A stretch of 64,000 nucleotides of DNA from Bacteroidota bacterium (GCA_049973045.1 JBMFJZ010000001.1:473363-537362); one strand, 5' to 3'; positions 9,716-20,240 are shown, counted from the stretch's first letter. Notes: generated by a model from the sequence alone, not told the origin. A program made the numbers and translations.

Positions 9716-12001
9716 CTACTCTTCCTCTTTGCGAAGATGGGCATACTTAAGAAGCAGAAGCTTTCGCCCAACCTCATCAAAGTTCACAACGGCTCGCGCA
9801 TTCTCCCCCTCTCCTGAAATATCCACAATCCTTCCACGCCCAAAAGAGTCATGGTAAACTATCATGCCAGTGCTGAGAGAGTTAATCTCTTGTGGCGCCT
9901 TGGTGCCATTTTCTTGATGCTCAGCCTTATGCCCATCTCTTCGTGACAAGTATGTAGACCCCCTTACCCGTTGAAGGATCGTCTTCTTTGCACTATTCGG
10001 ATCACTTCGCTTCTCGGGGAAAAACCGGCTGGCTGTGGCGCCACTAAGGGAGGGTCTCCTCAACTCCAGCAGGTTCTGGTCGATCTCTTCGATGAAGCGT
10101 GAACGTCTTGAAGAATTCAGATCGCCAAAACGATATCGCATCCGCGTGTACGTGAGATAGAGCTTTTCCTTTGCTCGAGTCATGCCGACATAGCACAAGC
10201 GCCGCTCTTCCTCTAAGTTGAACCGATCAAGAGAATTTGTGTATAGAGGGAGAAGTCCTTCTTCCAATCCAACGATGAAAACAACGGGAAACTCTAATCC
10301 TTTCGCACTGTGAAGTGTCATTAAAGTGACTGTGCTTCTGTCATCTTCCCACCGGTCGATAGCACTTACGAGAGAGACTTCCTCAAGGAAATCCGCCAGT
10401 GTTGCTTCTGCATTGTTTGAGGAAAACTCAGATATTGCTGAAAGCAATTCCTGAATATTTTCCCAGCGTGAGAGCGCTTCAGGAGTTCCCTCTGCCTTCA
10501 ACGTGCTGAGGAAGCCAAGCTCATCAACAAGGGTGCGAGCTAATTCACTTGCGGACATTTTGTCTCGGAATGAGGTATACTTCGTAAGCAGCTCAGCAAG
10601 CGACTGCAGATTTTTTCTGCTTCGCTCGGCAAACGATGGTATCTCCTTTACAAACTGACCTTCGGCGACCTGTTTCAGCGCCTGAAAGAGAGATAGCTGA
10701 TGTTCAGCCGCAAAGCGCCTGAGATTTCCCAGAGTAGCTTCTCCAATTCCACGAGGTGGTGTATTGATTATCCGTAGAAGGCTTTCGTCATCGAGTGGAT
10801 TCACAATGATACGGAGATATGCTAATACATCCTTAATTTCTTTCCGTTGATAGAATTCAATCCCTCCGATGATAGTATAAGGGATTCCATTACGCCGCAG
10901 TGCATCTTCAATTGATCGAGATTGGGCATTAGTTCTGTAGAGAACCGCACAATCCCGAAAAGTATATCGCCCATGTGCAAGAAGATTCTCTATTTCCTTG
11001 GCGACTTGATGACCTTCATCAACTTCGTCGTCACATTCAAGCACTGTGATTTGATCTCCCTCGGGATTTGCCGTCCACAGTGTTTTCGGAATTTGGTCGC
11101 GATTCTTGCTAATCATTGTGCTGGCTGCGCTGAGAATTCTCTTCGTTGACCTGTAGTTTTGTTCAAGCCGAAAGATCTTACAATCTGGATACGTCCGCTC
11201 AAAATCAAGGATATTCCGTATGTCAGCTCCGCGAAAGGCATAGATGCTCTGAGCATCATCTCCAACAACAGTGAGATTCCGATATTTTGAAGCAAGGAGG
11301 TTGAGAAGAACAAACTGAGCACGGTTTGTGTCTTGATATTCATCAACAAGGATGAACTTAAAACGGTCCTGATATTTTTCCAGGACCCGGGTGTTCGTTT
11401 GAAAAAGTTCTATTGGTTTAATGAGAAGATCATCAAAATCCATAGCATTTTGTGCACGCAAGCGTTTCTCATATTCTTCATAGACGGCAACTGTTTTCTC
11501 TTCGAATAAATCTGAGGCAACCTGAGCATAGGCAGCTGGCGTAACCAACTGATTTTTTGCACCGCTTATGCGAGAACGAATTGCTTCAGGACTAAATTGC
11601 TGCGAAGAAATACCTAAGTCAGCCATGATTGATCGGACTGAATGCGAGGAATCCTCCGAGTCATAAATCGTAAAGGAACGAGAATATCCGATTTTTTCTG
11701 CTTCCATGCGGAGTATCCTTGCGAACATAGAGTGAAACGTTCCCATCCAGACCTCGCAACTCCGCGGTCCGACTAAATCAATGATCCGGCTTCGCATCTC
11801 ATTCGCGGCTTTGTTTGTGAATGTTAATGCAAGAATGGAAGAGGCAGGTATCCCCTTCTCCAGCATATAGGCAACGCGATAAGTAAGGACTCGCGTCTTT
11901 CCACTTCCAGCCCCAGCAACGATCAGAATAGGACCCGAGATCTCGCGGACAGCCTCACGTTGGGCGGGATCTAGTTGAGATAAGATATATTCAGCACTCA
12001 T
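9716..12001 (-). CDS. pcrA: ATP-dependent DNA helicase PcrA/UvrD family
   Basis: Walker A AGAGSGKT and UvrD helicase motifs throughout. The ORF-track start at 12010 is GTG; the ATG at 12001 (MSAEY...) is preferred. Confidence 0.9.
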   Translation of the reverse strand: MSAEYILSQLDPAQREAVREISGPILIVAGAGSGKTRVLTYRVAYMLEKGIPASSILALTFTNKAANEMRSRIIDLVGPRSCEVWMGTFHSMFARILRMEAEKIGYSRSFTIYDSEDSSHSVRSIMADLGISSQQFSPEAIRSRISGAKNQLVTPAAYAQVASDLFEEKTVAVYEEYEKRLRAQNAMDFDDLLIKPIELFQTNTRVLEKYQDRFKFILVDEYQDTNRAQFVLLNLLASKYRNLTVVGDDAQSIYAFRGADIRNILDFERTYPDCKIFRLEQNYRSTKRILSAASTMISKNRDQIPKTLWTANPEGDQITVLECDDEVDEGHQVAKEIENLLAHGRYTFRDCAVLYRTNAQSRSIEDALRRNGIPYTIIGGIEFYQRKEIKDVLAYLRIIVNPLDDESLLRIINTPPRGIGEATLGNLRRFAAEHQLSLFQALKQVAEGQFVKEIPSFAERSRKNLQSLAELLTKYTSFRDKMSASELARTLVDELGFLSTLKAEGTPEALSRWENIQELLSAISEFSSNNAEATLADFLEEVSLVSAIDRWEDDRSTVTLMTLHSAKGLEFPVVFIVGLEEGLLPLYTNSLDRFNLEEERRLCYVGMTRAKEKLYLTYTRMRYRFGDLNSSRRSRFIEEIDQNLLELRRPSLSGATASRFFPEKRSDPNSAKKTILQRVRGSTYLSRRDGHKAEHQENGTKAPQEINSLSTGMIVYHDSFGRGRIVDISGEGENARAVVNFDEVGRKLLLLKYAHLRKEEE

Positions 12002-12038
12002 CGCTTTCACAAATTCCTACAGGAAATCCAGTCTCAGG

Positions 12039-12074
12039 CCAAAAGAAAAAATTGCCGCTGTGGATCTAAGCGGC
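12039..12074 (-). terminator. Rho-independent terminator downstream of ogt
   Basis: On the minus-strand RNA, a GCCGCU...AGCGGC hairpin (6-bp stem) is followed by AAUUUUUUCUUUU. Confidence 0.55.
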
Positions 12075-12128
12075 TCTTTGTCAAAACACATTAAAACTAC
12101 ACAAACCTTATTTACAATGCAACCTCCC

Positions 12129-12638
12129 TTACAGCATGAGCGCCCCCTCAAGGCGGAGGAGAAATTCTTTTGTCTTCACACCACTTGTATACCCTTTCAG
12201 CGATCCGTCAGATCCGATGACGCGATGACATGGAACGAGAATGGGGAGAGGATTTGCATGGAGGGCTTGTCCTATTGCTCGATAGGCTTTCGGCGCACCG
12301 ACTCTCCGGGCGAGTTCTTTGTATGTGATCGTACGTCCATAAGGCACTCTGAGGAGTTCTCTCCATACTTTCCGCTGAAATGGCGTACCGCGATCATCAA
12401 GAGGAAGTGTAAATTGCACCAGACGTCGCTTGAAATATCTCGAGAGCTCATCAATGAGGGTCTTGTTCTTTGACCGGCTCTCTACGACTGCATAGTCATC
12501 AAAGTGTTGATGAAGCCAGGCAATGAAATCTTTCTTCGTCTCGCGAGGTAAACTGATCTTGCAAATGCCACGATCTGTAGAAGCTACATAGATCGTGCCA
12601 ATGCTTGACTGAAAAGAGGTGCAATAAGCAGTCTCCAT
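12129..12638 (-). CDS. ogt: Methylated-DNA--protein-cysteine methyltransferase
   Basis: Active-site PCHRVIG motif. Confidence 0.9.
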   Translation of the reverse strand: METAYCTSFQSSIGTIYVASTDRGICKISLPRETKKDFIAWLHQHFDDYAVVESRSKNKTLIDELSRYFKRRLVQFTLPLDDRGTPFQRKVWRELLRVPYGRTITYKELARRVGAPKAYRAIGQALHANPLPILVPCHRVIGSDGSLKGYTSGVKTKEFLLRLEGALML

Positions 12639-12671
12639 GTCAATAAAGGAGAAAGGAACAGGAGTTGACCA

Positions 12672-13328
12672 TTAAAATAGAGGAACTCCACCACGGAGCG
12701 CCAGAAACAACTCATACCCGACATAAACGCCAAAGGCAAGTAATGTATACCCGGCAGCCTGAGTGAGTCGGTGTATAGTGTTAAGCCTCAGAATATGTCT
12801 TTGGTAATGAACAATACGAACAACTGCATAGAACCAGAGCGCCGTGCCGATTCCAACCCCAAGAGCAAAAAGAACATTGGCTGCTGTCTCCACCGGGACA
12901 AGCCCATGTCCATGCACCACCCCTGCAACAGCGATCCAGTAAGCGAGGAAAGTTGGATTTGAAAGATAAAGCACAACGCCGACAAGAAAGATGCTGTGAA
13001 ATCTCTTTTGTAACCCATTTGTTGTCCCGTTGGGCTGTGGCTCGAAGTGGTGAAGCTTGGTAAAAATGTTCCGGAGTCCGTAGTAAAGAAGGAGAACAAA
13101 TCCGGCAGCCTCAAAAACTATTCGGACAATCGAGTGATCTATGAATGCAGAAATTCCCATCATAGCAATAAGAACGTACAGGAAATCCATTGCCACCGCG
13201 CCAAGGGCAAGGTTAAATCCAGCATGAACTCCATCCCGAAGGCTTTTAGACATAACTGCAACGCCTATAGGACCGATTGGAATTGAAGAAGCAAAGCCAA
13301 TGACAACACCAAGAATCAAAGGTACCAT
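12672..13328 (-). CDS. LysE/RhtB family amino-acid exporter
   Basis: 218-aa polytopic membrane protein with LysE-type N-terminus. Confidence 0.7.
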   Translation of the reverse strand: MVPLILGVVIGFASSIPIGPIGVAVMSKSLRDGVHAGFNLALGAVAMDFLYVLIAMMGISAFIDHSIVRIVFEAAGFVLLLYYGLRNIFTKLHHFEPQPNGTTNGLQKRFHSIFLVGVVLYLSNPTFLAYWIAVAGVVHGHGLVPVETAANVLFALGVGIGTALWFYAVVRIVHYQRHILRLNTIHRLTQAAGYTLLAFGVYVGYELFLALRGGVPLF

Positions 13329-13464
13329 TCACAAAGCCCCTCGTGTTGCGCAGAAGCGTGAGTTCGACATCTGGAACTCCATCCCTTCCCTCCACCAGAC
13401 AAAGTTAAGATAAGATTTTCTAAATAAATTGCAAAACATGGTTGCATAAAATTGACACAAATTC

Positions 13465-16400
13465 TCAGAAGAAGGCACGAACCTCCATACGCACAGAGTT
13501 TATAACCCGATTGCTCTGATCAGTTCTGCCATCGTACCGGAATGTGGCTTCCATGAATCCAGCAAAGCGGAGGTCTCCTCCAATAGCCCAGAGATAGTGG
13601 ACCCCCGGTAAACGACCATTGGTAAGCTCAAAAAGACCTGCAGCACTCGGACTTAGATTCACCTCTTCACGATTTAATTCCGCTCTGAACTGTCCACGCC
13701 CAGCGATTGATCGAACAAAACGAATTCCCTCTACGTTTATGTCAGCTATTTGCACTGGGGCTGTGGATTGATTCCGGTTCTCACCTACTTCAATATGAAG
13801 ACCAAACTCAATATCTTGCTGGGGACGATAAGAGAAATCAAACAAACCTGCATCTCCGCTCACATCATATGTGCGCCCTGAAGTTGTCCCTGTTCCGAGC
13901 GAAGTCGAAGGAGTCGAATTCAGTCGGTTAACCCGATGAAGGTACTCAAGCTGGAGAGAAAATTCCTCCAACGGTTTCAGCAGAAAACGAAGAGAGTGTT
14001 CCCGCAAACCGGACCGCTCAATAAAGCTCGCAAACTGCGACATGCTACGACGAATAAGAAAGCGCCCGCGTGCCGAGAAGAATGAATTGTTCTCAAGAAG
14101 ATACACATCTTGAGAGAAAAGATCCATGCCTGTAAGCGTCGTCGAATCATTTAGAAAGGTTGACAATCGTAGCAGATAGAGATTCGACAGATGAGGATCC
14201 ATGCTCTTCTCTTCAACTCTGATATACGTCTCAGACGAAATGCTGCGGAGGACCTTTTGGATGAATCTGTCAGAGGACCTCGGTGCTCCGAAACTCCTTG
14301 ACGGAGCAAATCGTACACGAAGACTGCTCTTGACAGAACTCACAGGATATAGTCTATCAGAAGGAACAGTTACTGGCACGTACTCTCCATCAAAGCGGAC
14401 CGGAACAAACTCATTGTCATCTGCAACACCGTTATGGTTCAGGTCGCCAAGATATGCATAATTTCCCGACCCCCTTTCAACTCGAAGGAAGACCCTCTCC
14501 AATTTCGCTGCTCGCTCTGCTGAAAACTCATAGTAGAGGTCCGATGCAAGGATGTTTTTCTTATCGTGATACTGAGAGACAGAACGGATGAGCAAGGTAT
14601 TCACATCGCCACTGGAAGAACGAGCAAGTCCGCTGAAGCGTCTTGACCGTTTTGTCAGATCGAGGGATGAAGAGACGCCGATAGAATTGGCAAATCTCCA
14701 GGAGGCTCCATAGCCGACCGACGTAGATTGACGGGCAAAACGGTCTCCATCGGGAATCTCATCCACTCGAAAAAAACCACTGAGATGTAACAGCGAACGA
14801 GATAAGATAGGTATAACAACTTGCGGACCAATCTCATAGAAACGGAAACTTGTGCTGCTAAGAACATTTTTCCGGGTCAACGTATCAGTCCCATATTCAC
14901 GTCTATCTTCCATTTCAAAGTGAAAAGATGGCTTTATAAAACCAGCATCGAGTTGTGCCGTTGCATACTGCCGCCACCAAGAGCTGCTCCGGAGAGCCAT
15001 ATCACCACGCCGACGGACATAATCAATTTTATAGTCAACGATGCGGGCTGTATCAGTGCCGATGAGAAGCGATGCAGACAACTTTGATGATGTAAGCCCT
15101 GAACCCAAAGTAAGAAAGCCAAAAGAATTAAGAATCCGAACCACCTTTAAAGGCTGATAAATAATTTCTCCTAACGCCACATTTTTAGAGCCGGGAAGAG
15201 TATCTGTTATGTCCCAGATGCGATTGAATTCCACTGCTTGAACTCGATCTAATGGACGAAACGTCGCACCATAATAGCGGTCTGATATGCTGGCGCCAAT
15301 TTCGCCAAGTACCGTGCTCCCAATTTGAATACGAGCAGGTTTTAAAGAGACCCCAACTCTGAACGCATGACCACTATTTTGTTCGTTCGCAATTGCCGAG
15401 AGTCTGTTTGGATCGAAGCTGCTGAATGCATATTCTCCTTCAGCATGTAGCAAGGAACCGCCATCCCATGCAAATGATATATCCGCAAGTTGATGCATCT
15501 CAGGCAAAGGGAGAAGAACGATGGGCAAGTAACTACCGGCTGAAGGACCGACGTAGACATATTCCCCAATCTGTTGGCGCGCGTAATCTCCTCGACCATT
15601 TCCAACATAAGAGAAGGTCGCATTGTAAAGAGCCCCGGGATCTCCCGGCGAGTACCGAAGAATTCTCCTTACAGTGCCGTTGATAAGCGTATCAACAAGC
15701 TTATAGCGTCCCTTTGGTATCCCCGTCAATGAGTCAACACCAACGTACTGAATGCTTGACTTTGAGGCTGCCAGCGGGTTATTCCCTGCCGCCGCGATAA
15801 CTGCACGATCGCTATCCGAAAGAGAAACATCAACAGGAGAATCTGGATTATCAGCTTCGCGATAATATGATAACCCAAAATGAAATCCAGCAACATCTGA
15901 AATTGCTTCCACACCAGCGAAGGTTCTTGTAAACTTGCGATCTACATATTGGAAATCAACGCTTATACGCGATGCAGCAGTAATAGGGCGCTTCACAGTA
16001 AAGGTGATCTGCGCCAGACTGTAATCGATGGTGTAGTCATCAGTTGCCCCGCGAAGCATAAGCTCGCCATTAATGTAAACACGCTCTGACCCTGGAACAA
16101 CGACAATTCCTCGCTCACCATTTGCGCCGGTCAATTGATATGGACCCTGCACAGCATCGAGTCCGTTAAATTGGTTCGTTGTAAACTTCCCTCGCGCAAC
16201 AGCCGCCGAAATGTCAATACCCGTTCCACTTTCTTGAAGCGAAGCGCTCATGTTTTGGAGAATCCCATCTGAAGCATTTCTGAGAACTCCACCAAGAGAA
16301 ATACGCATCTCTGCCCCTTGAAGCCTTCGCTGAACTTTTGCAAATTCGCCGTTAGTCCTGAGAAGATCAAAATCGCCCAGAGTGGCAGCAACTCGCGGAG

Positions 16401-17169
16401 AATTTATCTCAACAAATACCTTGTCGAATTCTTGAAGGGTTCTTGTCGTGCCTTCGGGTGGAATTGGAGAATTCTGATCCGTCAGCGCCGCACGTATGCT
16501 GATATCGTCCGTAAGTTTTCCTGAAAGCTGTAGGCGAAAATTTGACGTTACACTCAGATCTTGATTTGACCCGACGCTGATGCCACGACTCAGGCTCCCG
16601 CTCCGAGAAAGATTCGACCCAAAAATCTCATTGATTCGAAATGGCTCAGAAGAGAAGAACATAGCTGAATCTCGTCTCATTGAATCGGTGAAGACCAACC
16701 CACCTCTGGCGGACTGAACAAAATGCGTTTTTATAAATGGTTGTACAGTTCTTAACTCGAGACGGAGAAAATGTGAGGAAGCCACGGCATGCAGCGAATC
16801 AATTGGAGAAATAATACGGCGATATAGCTCAGGTCGAAGATGCAATGTGCTTGTCCCTGTGTCAATCGTAAACTCGCTCCCTTCGACAAGGAGCAATGAA
16901 TCGAGGTAAACAGAAAGGGATTGCTTGCCTGTGTGGAGCTGGAAAGACGCCGGCAGAGGGACGATCGAATCGCGAAGAGCAATTGTATAAGAGAAAACAG
17001 TACCTTTATCATCCGACACGTTAGAGGGGACGGATCCGAGGGGCTGCTCCGCCTGCGCAAAGTTAGCTGTGGTGGAGAGCAAAGAAATTCCGCACAAGAT
17101 CGTCAAAAAAGGTCTGTGCAAACCTTCCCAGGCAATGGCGGGACCCGCTGTACGGCCATTTTGATGCAT
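13465..17169 (-). CDS. Large (1234 aa) secreted outer-membrane beta-barrel-like hypothetical protein
   Basis: Signal peptide; C-terminal ...VRAFF with terminal Phe typical of OM beta-barrels; beta-rich composition. ATG at 17169 (the listed GTG start is at 17187). Confidence 0.6.
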   Translation of the reverse strand: MHQNGRTAGPAIAWEGLHRPFLTILCGISLLSTTANFAQAEQPLGSVPSNVSDDKGTVFSYTIALRDSIVPLPASFQLHTGKQSLSVYLDSLLLVEGSEFTIDTGTSTLHLRPELYRRIISPIDSLHAVASSHFLRLELRTVQPFIKTHFVQSARGGLVFTDSMRRDSAMFFSSEPFRINEIFGSNLSRSGSLSRGISVGSNQDLSVTSNFRLQLSGKLTDDISIRAALTDQNSPIPPEGTTRTLQEFDKVFVEINSPRVAATLGDFDLLRTNGEFAKVQRRLQGAEMRISLGGVLRNASDGILQNMSASLQESGTGIDISAAVARGKFTTNQFNGLDAVQGPYQLTGANGERGIVVVPGSERVYINGELMLRGATDDYTIDYSLAQITFTVKRPITAASRISVDFQYVDRKFTRTFAGVEAISDVAGFHFGLSYYREADNPDSPVDVSLSDSDRAVIAAAGNNPLAASKSSIQYVGVDSLTGIPKGRYKLVDTLINGTVRRILRYSPGDPGALYNATFSYVGNGRGDYARQQIGEYVYVGPSAGSYLPIVLLPLPEMHQLADISFAWDGGSLLHAEGEYAFSSFDPNRLSAIANEQNSGHAFRVGVSLKPARIQIGSTVLGEIGASISDRYYGATFRPLDRVQAVEFNRIWDITDTLPGSKNVALGEIIYQPLKVVRILNSFGFLTLGSGLTSSKLSASLLIGTDTARIVDYKIDYVRRRGDMALRSSSWWRQYATAQLDAGFIKPSFHFEMEDRREYGTDTLTRKNVLSSTSFRFYEIGPQVVIPILSRSLLHLSGFFRVDEIPDGDRFARQSTSVGYGASWRFANSIGVSSSLDLTKRSRRFSGLARSSSGDVNTLLIRSVSQYHDKKNILASDLYYEFSAERAAKLERVFLRVERGSGNYAYLGDLNHNGVADDNEFVPVRFDGEYVPVTVPSDRLYPVSSVKSSLRVRFAPSRSFGAPRSSDRFIQKVLRSISSETYIRVEEKSMDPHLSNLYLLRLSTFLNDSTTLTGMDLFSQDVYLLENNSFFSARGRFLIRRSMSQFASFIERSGLREHSLRFLLKPLEEFSLQLEYLHRVNRLNSTPSTSLGTGTTSGRTYDVSGDAGLFDFSYRPQQDIEFGLHIEVGENRNQSTAPVQIADINVEGIRFVRSIAGRGQFRAELNREEVNLSPSAAGLFELTNGRLPGVHYLWAIGGDLRFAGFMEATFRYDGRTDQSNRVINSVRMEVRAFF

Positions 17170-17377
17170 GGCTTGATTCCAGTGCACAAACTACAATCCT
17201 CATCAGCCATTTAAGTATGGTCGTAGCAACGGGACGACGAACTTGACCTCTTGGGAAAAATCAGTTATATTTTATTTACGATGCTCTTTTGAATCAAGCA
17301 CCGTAATTTAATCTACAAAGATTGAACATCGAACACAAGTGGCACCAAGGCGCCATCTTTTAGCAGTCGTTTTGCAT

Positions 17378-17464
17378 GCCGAAGTGGCGGAACTGGTAGA
17401 CGCGCTGGACTCAAAATCCAGTGGAGCTAACCCCTCCGTGTCGGTTCGACTCCGACCTTCGGCA
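17378..17464 (+). tRNA. tRNA-Leu (anticodon CAA)
   Basis: Cloverleaf with acceptor GCCGAAG/CTTCGGC, anticodon loop CTCAAAA, long variable arm, T-loop GGTTCGACTCC. Confidence 0.85.
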
Positions 17465-17676
17465 CAAAGGAGGCTTAGACCGCAAAGGCAGTTTCATCAT
17501 CCTTGTGTTACGCTCTTTAGTGCGCCCTGTGGTTAGACTGGTTTAAGCGAAAACAACCGTCCCGAGGGTTCTGGTGACAGTCGCAAGCGGTAAGTGACCG
17601 CTCAGTGCCTTTATAGTCCTCCTCAATCCCTGCTTTCGCAAATGACGATTCATCCTTCCCCTTCGACAAACAGCGC

Positions 17677-18156
17677 TCACGCTCCGCCCTCAAGCGTCAA
17701 AAGAAACTCTTTAAGTTCATCGAACGACCGAAAAATCCTCGTCGTGCACCCGAGAACCCAACCGGGAATTTCGTTTAGTGGTGCTCTGTGCGCCATTACC
17801 ATAAACACAGGCTTCCCAAAGAACTTCGCAATCGAAAGTTCACCTTTAGTCCCTGCCCCACGCTGTGCGGATTCATCCCAGAGACAGATCAGGTAGTCAG
17901 TGCGGTGGGCTATTTCATTCATGTCAAGCTCAACGAGTCCGGAAGCGATCGCCTTGTATCGGTCGATGTCTTCAAACTTCAATTTACGGAAATACTCATC
18001 ATCGATGCCGAGCGCAGCAAAATAGCGCTCACTCTCCACATTGGGATTAAATACCTCATGACCCAGGTGCGAGCGAATCCACTCTTCTAACTCCTTTCGC
18101 CAGGAGGCACCATGATTGGGCGCATGCTCCATTCCGCCTGAAAGATATGCTCTCAT
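17677..18156 (-). CDS. Nucleoside 2-deoxyribosyltransferase-like protein
   Basis: N-terminal AYLSGGM and a D-x-GT-x-x-E-x-G-x-A...GKPV motif (DESAQRGAGTKGELSIAKFFGKPV) characteristic of the NDT-like fold. Confidence 0.5.
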   Translation of the reverse strand: MRAYLSGGMEHAPNHGASWRKELEEWIRSHLGHEVFNPNVESERYFAALGIDDEYFRKLKFEDIDRYKAIASGLVELDMNEIAHRTDYLICLWDESAQRGAGTKGELSIAKFFGKPVFMVMAHRAPLNEIPGWVLGCTTRIFRSFDELKEFLLTLEGGA

Positions 18157-18177
18157 TGAAAATCCTCATATCTTCTC

Positions 18178-19539
18178 TTAACCAGATTGATTCTGATCTC
18201 CTTCATATGCTCTCCTGAGCAACGTCACAATGTGAAGCAACTCAACTCTTCTTCTTTGCTGACCTGCCTCTTCCGTTTGTGCTGTCCTTCTCAATCCATG
18301 TTCGAGTTGGATGTGGCATCCGGGGTTACTGGTGACCAAAATATCGGCATCAGTTTTCCTGACGTTTTCCATCTTTCTGTCGAGCAGCTTCATAGACTCT
18401 TCATAGTGGATGATGTTGTAGATACCGGCGCTTCCGCAACACCAGGAGGATTCCGGCAATTCCACAAATTCGACACCGGGGATGGATCGAATAATTTCCC
18501 TTGGCTGAGCTGAGATTCTCTGCGCATGAACCAGATGACACGGTTCGTGATATGTCACACGCCGCTGGATTTCATGTGTAGGTTTCTTAAATCCAATTTC
18601 GATGAGAAATTCGGTAATGTCGCGGACCTTTGCAGAAAGTATCCTCGCTTTCTCAGCATAGGATGGATCGTCGTGAAGGAGTCTGCCATATTCTTTCATG
18701 AACGCACTACATCCGGCGGCGTTCACGACCAAATAGTCAATATTACTTTTGAGAAACGCATCAATGTTGCGGCGAGCAAGGAGCCGAGCTGTCTCAACGT
18801 CTCCATTGTGAGCATGAACTGACCCACAACATTCCTGAGCCTTCGGAATCACCACCTCACAATCATTTCTTAGAAGCACCTCCACAGTATCTTGATTGAC
18901 ATCTGGAAATGCAACATCCATAATGCAACCTGTGAGGATCGCAACGCGGTAACGTGGCTTCGATGCCGGTCGGAGCACCTCCGGAGCGGTCGCACTGAAG
19001 AATTTTTTCCCAATGTGAGGTATTAGCGATTGAATTTTTGAAAGCTTTGGAAATAGCGTCTTAGCAATTTTCGTCTTCGCAACGAACAGACGCAGTCCCA
19101 GGGTATTATACCAATAGACTATCCGCGCCGCTGCATGAAACCGATTTCTTGACCGAAACAGCCAATCCAGAGAGATTCTCTTCAAGAGCCGGCGCCTCAT
19201 TCCACCATAGCCGGCACGTTCAATTTGCACCCTCGCTGCTTCGACCAATGCACCGTAGTGAACACCAGCGGGGCAGGCGGTTTCGCATGCGCGGCAATCA
19301 AGGCAAAAATACATTTCCCGGGCAAAAGCATCAGTTATCAGAAGTTGCCCCTCAGCGACCGCTTTCATCAGTCGGATACGGCCTCGTGGAGATGAGCGCT
19401 CGTCGCCAGTCAGCAGATACGTTGGACATGTAGGTAAGCACAAGCCGCAATGCATGCAGCTCAAAATAAAATCGTAGCTTGGTATATCAGTGCCGGCTGA
19501 GCTCCACGTCCCGACAAGAAATGCAGACTTCCGCTTCAT
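18178..19539 (-). CDS. glcF: Glycolate oxidase / D-lactate dehydrogenase iron-sulfur subunit (GlcF-like, two CCG domains)
   Basis: Two 4Fe-4S ferredoxin motifs (CxxCxxCxxxCP) and C-terminal cysteine-rich CCG repeats. Start placed at the ATG at 19539 (MKRKSAF...). Confidence 0.8.
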   Translation of the reverse strand: MKRKSAFLVGTWSSAGTDIPSYDFILSCMHCGLCLPTCPTYLLTGDERSSPRGRIRLMKAVAEGQLLITDAFAREMYFCLDCRACETACPAGVHYGALVEAARVQIERAGYGGMRRRLLKRISLDWLFRSRNRFHAAARIVYWYNTLGLRLFVAKTKIAKTLFPKLSKIQSLIPHIGKKFFSATAPEVLRPASKPRYRVAILTGCIMDVAFPDVNQDTVEVLLRNDCEVVIPKAQECCGSVHAHNGDVETARLLARRNIDAFLKSNIDYLVVNAAGCSAFMKEYGRLLHDDPSYAEKARILSAKVRDITEFLIEIGFKKPTHEIQRRVTYHEPCHLVHAQRISAQPREIIRSIPGVEFVELPESSWCCGSAGIYNIIHYEESMKLLDRKMENVRKTDADILVTSNPGCHIQLEHGLRRTAQTEEAGQQRRRVELLHIVTLLRRAYEGDQNQSG

Positions 19540-19556
19540 GATAGAAATCGCCTTGT

Positions 19557-20240
19557 TCACTGCTGCCAGAAGAAGTAATAGCCTCGCTTCTTGAAGAAGC
19601 CGATTAATGTCCCTCCGACTATGAAACCTCCGACATGTGCCCACCAGGCAATGCCTCCCGCCGTCCCGGTCTCAAGACTCAAAAGACCGCTATACATCTG
19701 TAGAATAAACCATATACCGAGAAACACAACTGCTGGAATTTCGACGACAAAGAAAATGAACATTGGAAACCAGGTAAGAACACGAGACCAGGGGTAGAGG
19801 AGAAAATACGCGCCCAAAACGCCCGCAATGGCTCCACTTGCACCGATGATTGGTTCTTGAGAAATGGGGTTCACAATATAGTAAATCGCTGCTGCTCCAA
19901 CTCCCGAAAGCAAATAAAAAATAAGATAGCGAAAATGGCCCATGCTATCTTCAACATTGTCGCCAAAAATCCAGAGGAAAAGCATATTGCCGCCGAGATG
20001 AAACCAACCTCCATGAAGAAACATTGAGACAAGAACAGGGGTGAACGTAGAGAGAGTGATGTTGTTTTGATAAACAGACATTGTAAATGCAGCCGGGACG
20101 AACGCGGTTGCAGCAATAAATCTCTGCAGATGGTGACCGAGTGAAAGCTCGAAAAGAAAGATCACCACATTAGCTATAATGAGCAAATAGTTGACAACCG
20201 GGACAGTCCGTGAGGGAATGGAATCATGCAGCGGGATCAT
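19557..20240 (-). CDS. Rhomboid-family intramembrane serine protease
   Basis: GASGAIAG catalytic serine motif, downstream His in AHVGGF, six TM helices. Confidence 0.85.
   Translation of the reverse strand: MIPLHDSIPSRTVPVVNYLLIIANVVIFLFELSLGHHLQRFIAATAFVPAAFTMSVYQNNITLSTFTPVLVSMFLHGGWFHLGGNMLFLWIFGDNVEDSMGHFRYLIFYLLSGVGAAAIYYIVNPISQEPIIGASGAIAGVLGAYFLLYPWSRVLTWFPMFIFFVVEIPAVVFLGIWFILQMYSGLLSLETGTAGGIAWWAHVGGFIVGGTLIGFFKKRGYYFFWQQ

Noticed and set aside
12060-12473. 137-aa plus-strand ORF
   Set aside because: Antisense overlap of ogt; ogt has a clear PCHRV active site.
17339-17536. 65-aa ORF overlapping tRNA-Leu(CAA)
   Set aside because: Overlaps a well-folded tRNA gene, so it is a spurious ORF.
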